The notes under the pieces were generated by a model, which was given only the letters and a program-made list of their open reading frames with translations, ran no database searches and was not told the DNA's origin. This document shows, one piece after another, positions 1 to 12,294 of a stretch of 64,000 bases of DNA (positions are counted from its first letter, which is position 1; the number at the start of each line of letters is the position of its first letter). The stretch is from Mobula hypostoma (Eukaryota): NCBI RefSeq assembly GCF_963921235.1, contig NC_086097.1:121274001-121338000 (forward strand), given 5' to 3'. The position numbers and the translations under genes are program-made.

Positions 1-446
1 CTAAAATTTAGTATAATTATTCCTTCATCATTTCCATAACCACATCATTTTGCCTTTTAATCACGCAGGTGTACACCAGTTGGGCATGATTTCCTTTGTT
101 ATGTATATGTGTTGTACTGATTTCATTTCATTAACCCTTAGAAATCTTCAGAAAGAATTAACACTGGAGAAGACTGGTGCCTGTATTGGAGAGCATGCCT
201 TGTGAGGACAGATTGCCTTGACCAAGCTAGAAGCCAAGGAGGATTAAGGGCAACTTGATGGATGTGTACAAGAAGATAGAGGCATAGAGCGATTGGATAG
301 TCAGAGACTTTTTCCTAGAGCAGAAAGGGCTAATACCAAGGGACATAATTTTAAGGTGACTGGAGGAAAATAAAGGGAGATGTCAGAGAGTGGATGGAGT
401 GCACGGAGTCTAGGGGTGGTGGTAGACACAAAGACATTAGGAACAC

Positions 447-568
447 TCTTACTAGCTCTTCTTTCAGTTAGTCCTGATGAAGGGACTCGGCCCGAAACGT
501 CGACTGTACCTCTTCCTATAGATGCTGCCTGGCCTGCTGCCTTCACCAGCAACTTTTATGTGTGTTGA
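447..568 (+). mobile_element. Penelope-like element terminal (pLTR) fragment
   Basis: Same terminal motif (cctgatgaaggg...cccgaaacgtcgac...gatgctgcctggcctgctg) that follows GIY-YIG remnants elsewhere in the window. Confidence 0.75.
469..506 (+). ncRNA. Minimal type I hammerhead ribozyme motif
   Basis: agtc-CTGATGA-a-ggg(actcgg)ccc-GAAA-c-GTC-gact: intact core, stem I agtc/gact, stem II ggg/ccc, vestigial stem III. Confidence 0.8.
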
Positions 569-994
569 GGGACATTTAAGAAATGCTTCGATAGGCACAT
601 CGATGATAGAAAAATGGAGGGCTATGTAGGAGGGAATGGTTGGATTGAATTTCGAATTCGTTGAAAGATCAGCACAATATCATGAGCCAAAGGTCCTGTA
701 TTATGTTCTATGTACTAACTTATTGGGGTGAAAATACCCGGCAATCTCTAGACAACCTCAGTAACCTTCCAATTATTAATTCAGTCTTATGGAGTATTTT
801 TCTGGAGATGTTAATGTACAGTCTTTGCTAGGTTAAAATATAGTGTGAAAGGCCGATCAACCCTGAAGCATAAAGACACCATGTAGAAGTTGTTTCAAGA
901 TAGGAATAGATCAGGAATATTGGATTGATAAAAACCCTGAAGTTATATTCCTTCGGGATAGCTGGAGAAATTGCTTCTTTTTATCATCTGACAG

Positions 995-1032
995 AGAATG
1001 CTTGTTTCTGGTTCAGTTCAGTGCGCTATGAG
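995..1032 (+). CDS. Candidate exon A of an unidentified gene (RMLVSGSVQCAM-S)
   Basis: Acceptor ttctttttatcatctgacag, consensus donor GAG|gtaagt, open frame in phase with candidate exon B. Confidence 0.4.
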
Positions 1033-2454
1033 GTAAGTTATGAGGCCAATGTGAGATCCACGTGCTTCTTCACAGATGAGGTGATTTAGTAGTAACTTGA
1101 GGTAAGGTGCTTCCTTCAATTGTTTTTAATGCATTTCTGAGCTCTCCCAGTTCAAATGATCGATTGATCGATAGATAGATAAATGAATTTATAGACCCCT
1201 TGCATGTGACTCTATACTGTCGGTTGCGGAGTCAGTTCAGCAGTTTCAGTTGTCTTGCTTCAGACGGCCGAAGCAACTAGTTGAAGATGTCAGTAAACAC
1301 TCACAATACCATCCTTGTGCTCCTTGTCTTCGAGTAGTCATGGGCCAGCTAGGCGTGCAACCAAAGCAACTTGCTCAAGGAAGCCAAATGACTTTAACCA
1401 ATGCTGCAGTTCTGGGATGTTGGCCAAGGCAAAGAGGTTAATACTGTTTCAATTTGCTTTGAGGATTTTGTGGAGAAAGCATTGATGGGATCGTCCCATT
1501 GTCTTGAGATTCCTACTGTAGGTAATCTGAGTCTCAGATTTCTATAGGTTTAGTGCTGTTTAGGGGAGCCTTGTGCCATGTTTGAGGACTTGAGAAAATG
1601 TAGTATGTTAAAGATTGGTGAACAGAGTACACAATTTACATCAGTTGTTCAAAAAATTTGCAAAAACCTAATGCCTGATAATGTCATTGACATTAACCAA
1701 TACCATCTGAAATAGACAGCGGCCACTTTAAGATCATCGTGGGTTATTCAGCCTATGTGCTTGGAACTTCCTTCATAAGATTATACTAATCTTTTCTTTT
1801 GCTGAAATTTCCATCTGTGTTTCCAATTCCATATACCTTGATATTTTCAAAAGCATTTGTGGGGAAGGAATTACAAACTGCAACAAATTTATTTGTGAAA
1901 TGGACATTATTTTGGTTCCAAGAAGTCCTAGTAATTTTAAATTCTTGATGTTTTCCTTAAAAATTTTGTCACAGAACATTTTATCATTGTATACCTCATC
2001 CTTTTGTATTCAGGAAAATAAAGTTAACGTAGCCTGCTTCCATAATGAACCCCCTGAAGCTTCTTATCATTCTGCAAATCTTCCCTGCACATACTCAAGG
2101 ACAATGCATTCTTCCTGTGAAACTGAACACAATACTCCAGATGGAATTCAACCAAGGCTACGTTCAACTTCCTCCTCTTTGTATTTCAACAACACATGAA
2201 GATAAAGGACAACGTTTCATTGGCCTTCATAGATTGCTTTTTGTGCCCATATACTGGCTTTTATTGATTTATGTACGTAGATAGACTTTATAAATCTGAC
2301 TGCACCCACACAGTTCCCTATTTATCAGCATTTAGAATTTACTTCAGTTTGTTCCTGGACACATTCCAGGTTAATACCACTTTTACATTCTTTCAGTTTG
2401 ATTACAAACTCTTTCCACGACTATTTCTCTTACTCTGAAATGTAGCAAGATTTG

Positions 2455-2975
2455 CCGCTCAACATCAGGAAGACCGGTTTCAAGTTCCTGGGTGCGAACT
2501 TCTCTGAAGATCTATCCTGGGCCCAACATATTGATGCAATTACAAAGAAAGCATGACAGCAGCTATATTTCATTAGGAGCTTGAGGAGGCTTGGTATGTC
2601 ATCAAAGACACTTGCAAGTTTCTACAGATGTACCATGGAGAGCATTCTAACTGTTTACATCACCATCTGGTGTGGACAGCATTGCACAGGATCAGAAAAA
2701 AGCTGCTGAGGATTGTAAACTCAGCCAGCTCCATTACGAGCACTGTCCTCCCCAGCATCAAGGACATTTTCAACACACAATGCCTCAAAAGATGCAGCAT
2801 ACTTCATTCAGGAACCCACCAACCGGGGCATGCTTTCTTCTAATTACTATACTCATTACTACAAACAGGGAGAAGGCACAGGAGCCAGAAGACACACACT
2901 CAACTTTTTTGGAACCTTCTTCCCCTCTTCCATCAGATTTCTGAACAGACAATGAACCCATGAACACTACCTCAC
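2455..2975 (+). mobile_element. Old Rex1/Babar-like LINE 3' fragment
   Basis: Degenerate FKFLG...LSW..HI..ITKKA.Q.LYF.R.LRR motifs and typical 3' region. Confidence 0.6.
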
Positions 2976-3555
2976 TATTTTTGGTCTCTCTCTTTCTCAC
3001 ACATACATAATATATATATTCTGAAGTGTCTGATGTCGTTGAGAGGTCTGCTCTTTCTGGTACCCAACGCCCAAATAGGAACAGATGGTTCCAAGTTATC
3101 AATCAAGACAATATGCATTTACTAGTATTAGAATAAATCTGAACACAAAATCTTTTAGAATTCAGTTCAGTTAAATGTACATCACTTAACTTTCTGAGAA
3201 CTCCTCCGATAGAACTTCCAGAAAAGCCACTGAGGAAATTTCAGTGCAGTATGCCAGTTCTAGCCTCTAGAGGCACATTTCATTTTGTATGACCATCATT
3301 TCGATATGTAAATTGTTGTTATGCCATTTCCTGTGCGGGTTAGTTTTGATCTGATTTGGTGTGCACAGTGGTAAAACACACATCTCTATTTACTTTTTAT
3401 TTGCCATGTATTGCAATATACTGCTGGCGCAAAAACAACAAATTTTCATGACATGTGCAGTATCTATGAGTTTTAAGCTGTTGGTAATATTGGTACACAT
3501 ATTCTGAAGGAAGGATTATGTTTAAATTTATCGTTATGCTGCAAGTTTACTCTTG

Positions 3556-4142
3556 ATGAATAAACTCTTCTCAGGCTTCCAGCCAGGTACAGGTATCAAT
3601 TATAACCAGCGTTTCAATGACAAATTCTGCAATACTAACGTAAGGAAAAGGAGCAGGATTAGGCCATCTGAGCCTGTTGCACCATTCAATAAGATCACGG
3701 CTGATCTGGACACCTACCTGCCTTTTCCCCACAACCCTTAATTCCCCTACTATGCAAAAAAAAAATCATTGAAACATTGGTTATAATTGATACCTGTACC
3801 CAGCTGGAAGTCAGAGAAAAACTTAATCATCATCTGCGCTGGGAGACCCAGTTGGTGGCCTAGTGGCATCAGTGCCGGACTTCGGGACGAATGATCCCGA
3901 GTTCGAATCCAGCCGGTTCCCCTGCACGCCTTCCATCCGTTCTGGCTTATGAGCTGGTGATCTCTTTGGAAACTCACCCAGCAGAAGGCAATGGCAAACC
4001 ACTGCTGTAACATGCCTCGTACGCGCTTCCCCACTACGTCAGAGAGGCATGGAGGGAAATCATCCGCTAACTGGAGAAACTCCGGATGCGATGTACCTTT
4101 CTTTTTCTACGTTGGGAAAGCACTATATCCTGTTTCAAGCTG
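3556..4142. mobile_element. Composite insertion: inverted Penelope-type termini plus CR1 tail plus SINE, 7-bp TSD actcttg
   Basis: TSD at 3549-3555 and 4143-4149. 3556-3620 is an inverted repeat of about 3766-3830. The paralogous segment near 12035 lacks the insert. Confidence 0.6.
3845..4105 (+). mobile_element. tRNA-derived SINE
   Basis: Pol III A box tggcctagtgg and B box gagttcgaatcc; imperfect TSD tctgcgctggga / tctacgttggga. Confidence 0.8.
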
Positions 4143-4397
4143 ACTCTTGTTTACACTGGCTAGTTATGGAGTGTTGCAATGTGTACTACCTTGATTAACA
4201 CAGGCTATGAGAATAATCAACAATATTAGTACATTCAGATACATGAAGATTCTGTATTGAATTTAATATGTATTTTACTTAAATCTCTGTAGTTTCACAA
4301 GTAAATAGATCTCATTAAAAACCTGAAGAAAGATTCTACCTCATGTGATTTTTGAGAAGTTGTTTAGCTTGCTACATATTTGTGTTTATATGCACAG

Positions 4398-4518
4398 TGA
4401 GGGCAGTAGAGTGAAAAGATTGCTTTTCTTCAAAGGCATCGCCAGCAGACTGAAAGCTGTAGATGATAATGTCAGCTTCCGACCTGTACAACGTCGATCA
4501 CCAAGACCTGGAAGTCAG
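4398..4518 (+). CDS. Candidate exon B (SEGSRVKRLLFFKGIASRLKAVDDNVSFRPVQRRSPRPGSQ)
   Basis: Acceptor ...tatgcacag, donor CAG|gtgaga, 121 nt open, phase-compatible with exons A and C. Confidence 0.4.
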
Positions 4519-4559
4519 GTGAGAATGTAGCTCATTGGTTGTGTCTTCTCAATGCTCGA

Positions 4560-5230
4560 ACGAATCCGCAGTTCAAATGACTCCAGCACCAGCATGCTGA
4601 AGAGGCAAGAAAGAGAGTAGCGGGTGCTGAGCACCAAGTTCAGATGCAAAGGAGAAAGCTCAGATAGGCATGGAGAGAGGACATATGGAGGGTACATTAT
4701 GTGCACTCAAGGAAGAGTGTGAAGATGAGGCTGCCTCCGTAGAGGCAGTTGTGAGTCTATAACCGGAATCAGTCATGCTTTGCCATCTCAATAGCTAATG
4801 CATCTTCCTAAAGAATATGTTCAAATGCATTTTGGCAATAAAAAAGACAGTGCTCCAGCTCTACAAGGAGAACCTATCTACACTGCACAGCCAACATGCC
4901 TTTTACATAGTCCAGGTATTGACAGTCAAGGTCTACAGCAACAAAGACCCACAGCACCTCCTTCTGCAATTCCACAATAGCAAAATCCCCAGTCAAGAGT
5001 TGCTACTGATGCCAATCCCGTCTGCACAGAGATGGATAGACTGAACTTCCATCCATCTCAGCAAACACATATGGCAAACCAATCTCCACAGTGCTCGCAT
5101 TCAGGAGCTGCAGATGCATTTGATTTGGCTTGGCATCTGCCTCATCAAGACCGACGCACAGCAGGTTAGACAACCAGTCTGCAAGTTATCTGTCCTGGAA
5201 GTCAAGTTGCAAAATCCAAGGGTTCCCTAC
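4560..5230 (+). mobile_element. Probable BEL/Pao gag remnant (left part of a split element)
   Basis: Degenerate purine-rich coding-like sequence. Colinear with a clearer BEL pol remnant at about 10960-11330 on the far side of the nested insertions. Confidence 0.35.
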
Positions 5231-7963
5231 TGTTAAGTTTTGTAACTCCAAAACAAAAAACTAATTTAAAGGAAAAAACGGGAGCAGAGAAATGTGAATC
5301 TTAGTTTTTTTTACGTTAAGCAAAGTATGCACCTATCACATGGTGGCATGATGACATATGCCATTTAGGTACTTTTACATATTACCCACAATGCATTATG
5401 AAGACAACTATGTAAGCTTATGTAAGCAATATATTGTTTAATCAAACAATATGTTTACAATATTACTAAAATATTACTGTTATATTAAATACTTGACACT
5501 CCTTCCTGCTTAGCTATAAACTCCAACTCAATATAGATGCATTTCAACTTATATACAGTACGTATACTATATATACAGAATACTACTGTATATAGATATC
5601 CACAGCATAGTAAATTTTAAGTTGTCCCATTCCTGCTTGATGATTTAATCACAGTGGACAATTTCTTACTCTTGTGGGAAATCGTCTTTCCTTAAAAGGG
5701 GGAACACTCTGTTTGGCAGGTGTGACTTGTGACTGTAAAACAACTTCAGGCTCTTCCGTCGTGGCCTTAGGAGTTGATTTTGAGACTGCAGGAAGTGGTT
5801 CTGAAAGCTTTGGCCGCATTTCATCTCTAGCAATTGCCTCTGGTCTCCTCAATTGATTGATGTGTCGTCTCCAGATGATATCAGGTGCAATTTCTGCTAT
5901 GTAGGAGAGTGGTCCAGTTCTGTCCTTAATCTGTCTGAGTACAATACCCACTTCTGATCAATTCTGTAGTCCCTCACCAGGACTGCTTGTCCAGGATTGA
6001 AACATCAAACATCTTTTTTCAAGGAACCTTCAATTTATCTCAATTGTGTCCTGCATCCTCCTTCTGCAATTAGGTTTGAGGAGATCCAAGAGTGAAGGCA
6101 AGGGACGGCTCAGGAACTGTGCAGCTAGTGAGTTGCTAGTTGAGAAGTATGCTGCGTTACGAAAGGCAAGGAGGAAATTGGTGAGCTTCTGATTCAGCGT
6201 TAGTGCAGTGCGTTCTGCTGACATTGTTTGCAGTGCATTCTCTAGACTCTGGAGAAAACTTCCTGCCGAGCCATTCGTAGCAGGATGGTACAGGTCAGAC
6301 CATAAGATATAGAAACAGAATTAGGCCATTTGTCCCATCAAATCTGTTCCGCCATTTCATCATGCCTGACCCTTTCACCCCAATCTCCTTCCTTCACCGT
6401 GCATCCCTTCATGCTCTGACTAATCAAGAATCTATCATTCTCTGCCTTAAACATACACAAAGACTTGGCCTCCACAGTAGCCAGTGGCAAAGAGTTCCAC
6501 AGATTCACCACTCTCTGGCTAACGAAATTCCTCCTCATCTCCAGTCTGAAAGGACACCCCTCGATTCTGAGGCTGTGTCCTCTGGTTATATAAGCCCTAA
6601 CCTCAGGAAACATACTCTCCACATCCACTCTATTGAAGCCTTTCAACATGCGATAGGTTTCAATGAGATCACCCCTCATTCTTCGGAATTGCAATGAGTA
6701 GAGGCCCAGAGCCATCAAATGCACCTCATATGACAATCCCAGAAACATTTTTGTGAACTTCCTTTGAACGCTCTCCAAAGTCTGCACATGCTTTTTCTGA
6801 TAAGGGGTCCAAAACTGCTCACAATACTCCAAGGGAGGTCTCACCAGTGCTTTATAAAGCCTCAACACTTCATCCTTGCTTTTATATTCTAGTCCTCTCA
6901 AAATGAATGCTAACATCACACTTGCCTTGCTCAGCACCGACTCAACCTGCAAATTCACCTTTAGGAAATCTGCACGAGGACTCCCAAGTCCCTTTGCACC
7001 TCAGAATTTTGAATTTTTTCCCATTTAGAAAGTAGTCTATACTTTTATTTCTTCTACCAAAGTGCATAACTATACACTTCCTGATGCTGTATTCCATCTG
7101 CCACTTCTTTGCCCATTCTTCTCATCTGCCTATGCCATGCTGTAGCTGATCTGCTTCCTCAAAACTACTTTCCCATCCACCTATCTTTGTATCGTCTGCC
7201 ATACTTGGCCAGAAAGCCATCAATTCTGTCATCCAAATCATTGACATATAACATAAAAAGAATCAGTCCCAACACAGACCCCTGTGGAACAACACTAGCC
7301 ACTGGCAACCACCCAGAAAAGGCTCCTTTTATTGCCACTCTTTGCCTCCTGCCAATGGGCTAATGCTCTACCCATGCCAGTATCATTCTAGTAATACCAT
7401 GAGCTCATAGCTTGTTAGGCAGCTTCATGTGGGGCACCTTGTCAAAGGCCTACTGAAAATCCAAGTACACAACATCAACTGTTATTCCTTAATCTATACT
7501 ACTTGTTATTTCTTCAAAGCATTCCAATTGATTAGACAGACAAGATTTTTCCTTGAGGAAACCATGCTGACTGCAGCCTACTTTATCATGTGCCTCCAAG
7601 TACCCCAAAATCACATCCTTAACAATTGACTCCAATATCTTGTCAATCATTGAAGTCAGACTAACTGGCCTATAATTTCCCTTCTGCCTCTTTCCCTTCT
7701 TTGGAGGGACGTTTACAATTTTCCATTCTTACAGGACCATGCCAGGCTGTGTTGATTCTTGAAAGATCATTACAAGTGGCTCTACAATCTCTTCAACCAC
7801 CTCTCTCAGAACCCGGGGTGTATACCATCTGGTCCAAGTGACTTATATAAATTCATGCCTTTCAGTTTCTCAAAATACCTCTCCCTAGTAATGGCAACTT
7901 CACACATTTCTGTCCCCGACACTCTCAAACATCTGGCATACTGCAAGTGTCTTCCACAGTGTA

Positions 7964-8630
7964 CAGGTTTTCCCCACCATCCAAAGGTAGGGTGTTCCTA
8001 TGAAATGGTTCGTAAGCTGGAATGTCGTGAAGTGAAGAAGCAATTACCATTTATTTATAGGAAAAATTTGTGAGCGTTCACAGACCCAAAAAATAACCTA
8101 CCAAATCATGTCAAATAGCACATAAAATTTCACGCAGTTGCTTCACGTTCAGTTCCAGGACGACTTCACTATTGGTCTGTTCGCTACTGCGTTTGATTTC
8201 GATTGTTATCCTTTCCTCTTCCAATTGCATCAGCTCTTCATCTATCAGTTCTTGGTCATGGGATGCCAAAACCTCTTCAACATCATCTTCGTCAACTTCC
8301 ACAAGCCAAACTCACTTTGTCCTTACTTCGTTCACCATGATCGAAACGCTTAATTATGTCTAGTTTTACGCTGTGTAACACCCTTATGAGCTCTTCTAGG
8401 CTTTTCCGATACTTTAGAACTCATCTTGCTAACGGCTGCTCACAGGCAGGTGTTTAAGCAACGCCGGCTAGAATGCAGTTCCAGGGGAGGAGCTTGGCTG
8501 CTCGGGGCGCGCGCTGCCTTTTCTCGTAACACTGAAAACACCTTCTGTTAGCGAAAACAGGTAACTAATGTAGGTCTTTTGTAACAGCGAGTTTTCGTAA
8601 AGCGAACATTTGAAAAGTGGGGGACACCTG
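7964..8630 (-). mobile_element. Tigger/pogo-like non-autonomous DNA transposon
   Basis: TA on both sides (7962-63, 8631-32); TIRs caggttttcccc.../...gggggacacctg; Tigger C-terminal remnant EDDVEEVLASHDQELIDEELMQLEEE. Confidence 0.85.
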
Positions 8631-9134
8631 TAGACTGATGCAAAATACTTATTCGGTTTGTCTGCCTTTTCCTTGTCCTCCATTTACAGCATCCAGTGCT
8701 CCGATATCTACTTTCAACTTTTTTTTACACTTGATGTATCTGAAGAAACGTTATGTATTCTCTTTAGTATTATTGGCTAGTCTCCCTTCATATTCCATCT
8801 TTTCCTTCATTATGATTTTACTAGTTGCCTTCTGTTGACTTTTAAAAGCTTCCCAATCCTCTAACTTCCCATTATTTTTTGCTGTATTATATTCTCTCTC
8901 TTTGCCTTTTATGTTGGCGTTGACTTCTCTTATCAGCCGCAGTTGTGTCATCCTGTCTTTAGAATACTTCTTCCTCTTTGGGATGTATAATTCGTGTGCC
9001 TTCCGAATTGCTCTCAGAAATTCCAGCTTTTGATGCTCTGCTGTCATCGCTGCCAGTGTTCTTTTCCAAATAATTTTGGCCAACTCCTCTCTCATGCCTC
9101 TGTAATTCAATTTACTCCACTGTAGTAATGATAC

Positions 9135-9985
9135 TGTTACGTATCCCGTAACTGTGTTGCCAAACCAGCAGAAATGGACCACTTAGTTGGAGTCTGGAAT
9201 ACTGGAACTAAGAAAGTTTTATTAAAGAAATAAGCAACACAGTACTCCAATCAAAAGGATATAAATGCAACAGTTTAGCAATGATAAAACACACATGTAC
9301 ACAGAACTAGAATAATAGAATCAATCAAGCTCTATCGCAGTCTAGGGGTAAATGATCAGTTTCAAGTGACGCAAAGTTCAGTTCAATTTAGTTCAGTTCA
9401 GTTCGCAGTAATCGTTGTTGTGCCATTGGGCGGGGAGAAGAGAGAGAGAGAACGAATGAATATGCAAATCGGATTCCAAACAGACCTTCGATATTCCTCG
9501 CAGTTAGCTTTCGGGCGAGCCCTTTGTAATGACTTCTGAGGTCACCGACTGTGACCCCTCCGTTCCAGATATGATCGTTCTTCTGCAGTGAACCCGGCAC
9601 CCAGGCAAGGGCGGACACACACACTAGGTTCCCGCCCGACCGTATGTTACCACCCTGTGTGTCTATGGCTGGTCCCACGACCAGACCTCCAAAAACTTCC
9701 ACCAACTTGTGAGGGGGGGGCGCACCGCTTCCAGGGTCTCGTTACCTCGTAATGTCGTGTGTCTGTTGCCTTAGCGAACCTGTCCCTTTTTATCCCCCTG
9801 CTGCGGTATCGCCTGTCCATCAAACTTCAAACAGTTCAGGGTTCAAAGCCACCGGTCTCTGACAATACTCGGAACCGTGTCTCCTTTCAGTAATCTCTCT
9901 CGTCTCTCTCTTATTAGCACCTTGCATGTTCCCCCATTGTCCTCTTATCGGCATCAATCTTCTGATAACTGGTTCTTTTGTCACA
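9135..9985 (-). mobile_element. Solo LTR (851 bp), 4-bp TSD ATAC
   Basis: TGT...ACA termini; atac at 9131-9134 and 9986-9989; minus-strand AATAAA near 9218; CpG-rich; inserted inside CR1. Confidence 0.85.
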
Positions 9986-10959
9986 ATACATCTGACTTTA
10001 GCCTCTCCTTCTCAAATTGCCAGGTGAATTCTTTCATTTTATGATGACTTACAACTAAGGGTTCCTTTAACTTAAGCTCTTCTAGTAATTCCAGTTCATT
10101 GCACAACATGCAATCCAGAATATGTCTTATTCCATTCATTTTCAGAAATGACTGAAACTGTTCCACCACAAGATGTGGTCCTTTATCATTAAGTGTTCTA
10201 TAACACTTCTCAACACATCATCTGTGTGTGAGGTTGTAGTGGAACCTATTATGAACACTTCCGGCTACTTTGTAGCTGCATACAGTACTACTAAATAATT
10301 TGTGCCTAGGAATGGTCTGGCAAAATCCACATGAATCCTCTATCAGGGCAATGCAGGCCAAACCCTCGGATGTAGAGACCCTGCTCTTGGTATCTTCTGA
10401 ATGTGTTTGCATCCCGAACAGTGCATGGCGAGCTGCTCGATCTACTGATCTATCCTGAGCCACCAGACAAAGCTTTAAGCCAATGCTTTAATTTTGACCA
10501 CGCTAGATAACAAGCACTTAGCTCCTCCAACACTTTAGCTCTCAGCTTGGATCATACAACAACTCACAATCCCCACATAAGGCAAACCCCGGCAAGGGCA
10601 AGTTCATCCCAGTGATGATAAAAATGGGGGAAGTGGAGTTTCTGCTGCACATTCCAGCCATTTTGGGTTGCCATGTAGATCTCACAGAGTATGGGGTCTT
10701 TTCTGGGTTCACTTTGGATCATCTCTGCTGAAATAGGGAGATGTTTGGCTTTCATTAGGCAAAATACATTCAGGGGATTGTCGTCTTTTATAAGTTTTTG
10801 GGCACTTCCTTTCACGGTCAGCAGGAAACTTTCAACAGCTGACCTAGAGGTAAATGTAGAAGTATGTCCAAAAGTGTCGACCAAATTGATTCATTAATTA
10901 CCCTTACAATTTGGCAGTGCATGTGCTGAGCGTTTTTTAAACTGTAAGTCACTGATCAG

Positions 10960-11330
10960 AGCAATTGCTCAGCTCTCAGATGTTACTCTCTCCTTTACAG
11001 GAGTAGCTAAAGACAGACTTTGCAATGCACTTGTATGCAACTTCTCAATGCAGAACAACTGAAGTGGGCAAGGGTTAGTACCAGTCTTGTTATGCAAAGA
11101 CAGGTGTATGCAAAGGAAGTACAGTGCATTACAAAACAGGAATGTTTCCCAGAACAAAGTCCCCTTAGTAAACTCGGTCACTTTCTTGACTCTAAAGGAC
11201 CACACTGAGTTGGAGGACATACTAAAAATGCACTACTCACTTCGAGTTACCTCACGCAATCGCCATTCTGGATAGGCACTGTGTCACTGGTCTGCTCATC
11301 AGACATTACCTCAAAGAAGTATGACTTCAA
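10960..11330 (+). mobile_element. BEL/Pao pol remnant (RNase H-integrase linker)
   Basis: QRQVY..E...SPLSKL..FLD..G...VGG...H.VT.LLIRHY, typical of BEL/Pao pol. Confidence 0.65.
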
Positions 11331-11394
11331 TGCTGACATGTTCGAAATGAGAATGGTTAAAGATGGTGTAGTAATTTATGACTCTGTCCCTGAT

Positions 11395-11710
11395 ATATGA
11401 ACGAGGGGTCACAGTTTGAGGATAGAGGGGAAGCCTTTTAGGACCGAGATTAGGAAAAACTTCTTCACACAGAGAGTGGTGAATCTGTGGAATTCCCTGC
11501 CACAGGAAACAGTTGAGGCCAGTTCATTGGCTATATTTAAGAGGGAGTTAGATATGGCCCTTGTGGCTACGGGGGTCAGGGGGTATGGAGGGAAGGCTGG
11601 GGCGGGGTTCTGAGTTGGATGATCAGCCATGATCATAATAAATGGCGGTGCAGGCTCGAAGGGCCGAATGGCCTACTCCTGCACCTATTTTCTATGTTTC
11701 TATGTTTCTA
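11395..11710 (+). mobile_element. Young CR1 3' end
   Basis: GHSLRIEGKPFRTEIRKNFFTQRVVNLWNSLP and a (tctatgtt)n tail. Closely related copies at about 21293-21449 (+) and 31129-31540 (-). Confidence 0.9.
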
Positions 11711-12264
11711 TATCCTTTTGCCAAAGACTTAGAGAAATCGTCACTTGACTTTTAGTTTCAGTTGCTAAGTTTGACATCCTATGGATGCCAGATGGGGAGT
11801 GTTCTAACCTCCACAGACACAGTTCATTTTGTACAATAAAAGCTGCTTTTATGCTATTTCCAGCATAGGTTAGTTTCGATTCGATGTGAAGCACACAGTG
11901 GAAAGATGTGCACTCTTTTTTTGCCCTTGAAACAGCAATATCTGTAAGTCTTAAGTTGTTGATAATATTGGTAAATATTTAGGAAATATATTTTGAAGGA
12001 AGGATTATAAGTTTATCTTTGCACTGAAAGTTTACTCTTGTTTATTCTGTGTAGTTATGGAGTGTTATGAATGTGTACTACTTTGCTTAACACAGGTTGT
12101 GAGAATAATCGACTGCATTAGTATGTTCATGCACACGGTAAATCTGTATTGAATTTAATATGAATTTTACTTAACTCTGCATTTTTACAAATAAAGAGAT
12201 CTCATTAAAAACCCTGAAGAAAGCCTTTGTTTAGCTCGTGGCATAGTTGTGTTCATATATACAG

Positions 12265-12294
12265 CCAGGACAGGAGAATGCCTTTGAAATTAAG
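12265..12294 (+). CDS. Candidate exon C (PGQENAFEIK)
   Basis: Acceptor ...atatacag, donor AAG|gttagc, 30 nt phase 0-0. The upstream intron is paralogous to that of exon B. Confidence 0.3.

Larger units (their letters stand above)
140..712 (+). mobile_element. CR1 LINE 3' fragment, interrupted by a Penelope-like 3' piece
   Basis: Degraded CR1 ORF2 C-terminus and 3' UTR (gggacataattttaaggtg...ggaggaaa; ends tatgttctatg), matching other CR1 tails in the window. Confidence 0.75.
6294..10124 (-). mobile_element. Long CR1 LINE (ORF2 remnants), interrupted twice
   Basis: ORF 6338-6958 (LYKALVRP.LEYC.QFW...RRMRGDLIETY...VVNLWNSLP) and ORF 8751-9182; tail near 6300. Confidence 0.9.
5231..10800 (-). 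mobile_element. Gypsy LTR retrotransposon 3' part (3' LTR 5231-5498, PPT, integrase), split by CR1
   Basis: TG...CA LTR homologous to the LTRs at 24861 and 27504. Integrase motifs QFQSFLKMNGIRHI (about 10125-10170) and YHPATNG (about 6270-6290) join across the CR1. RKDPIL...QNGW at about 10650-10740. Confidence 0.8.

Noticed and set aside
3845..3920. Possible tRNA gene
   Set aside because: A/B boxes run into a SINE body with a TSD; no clean cloverleaf or terminator.
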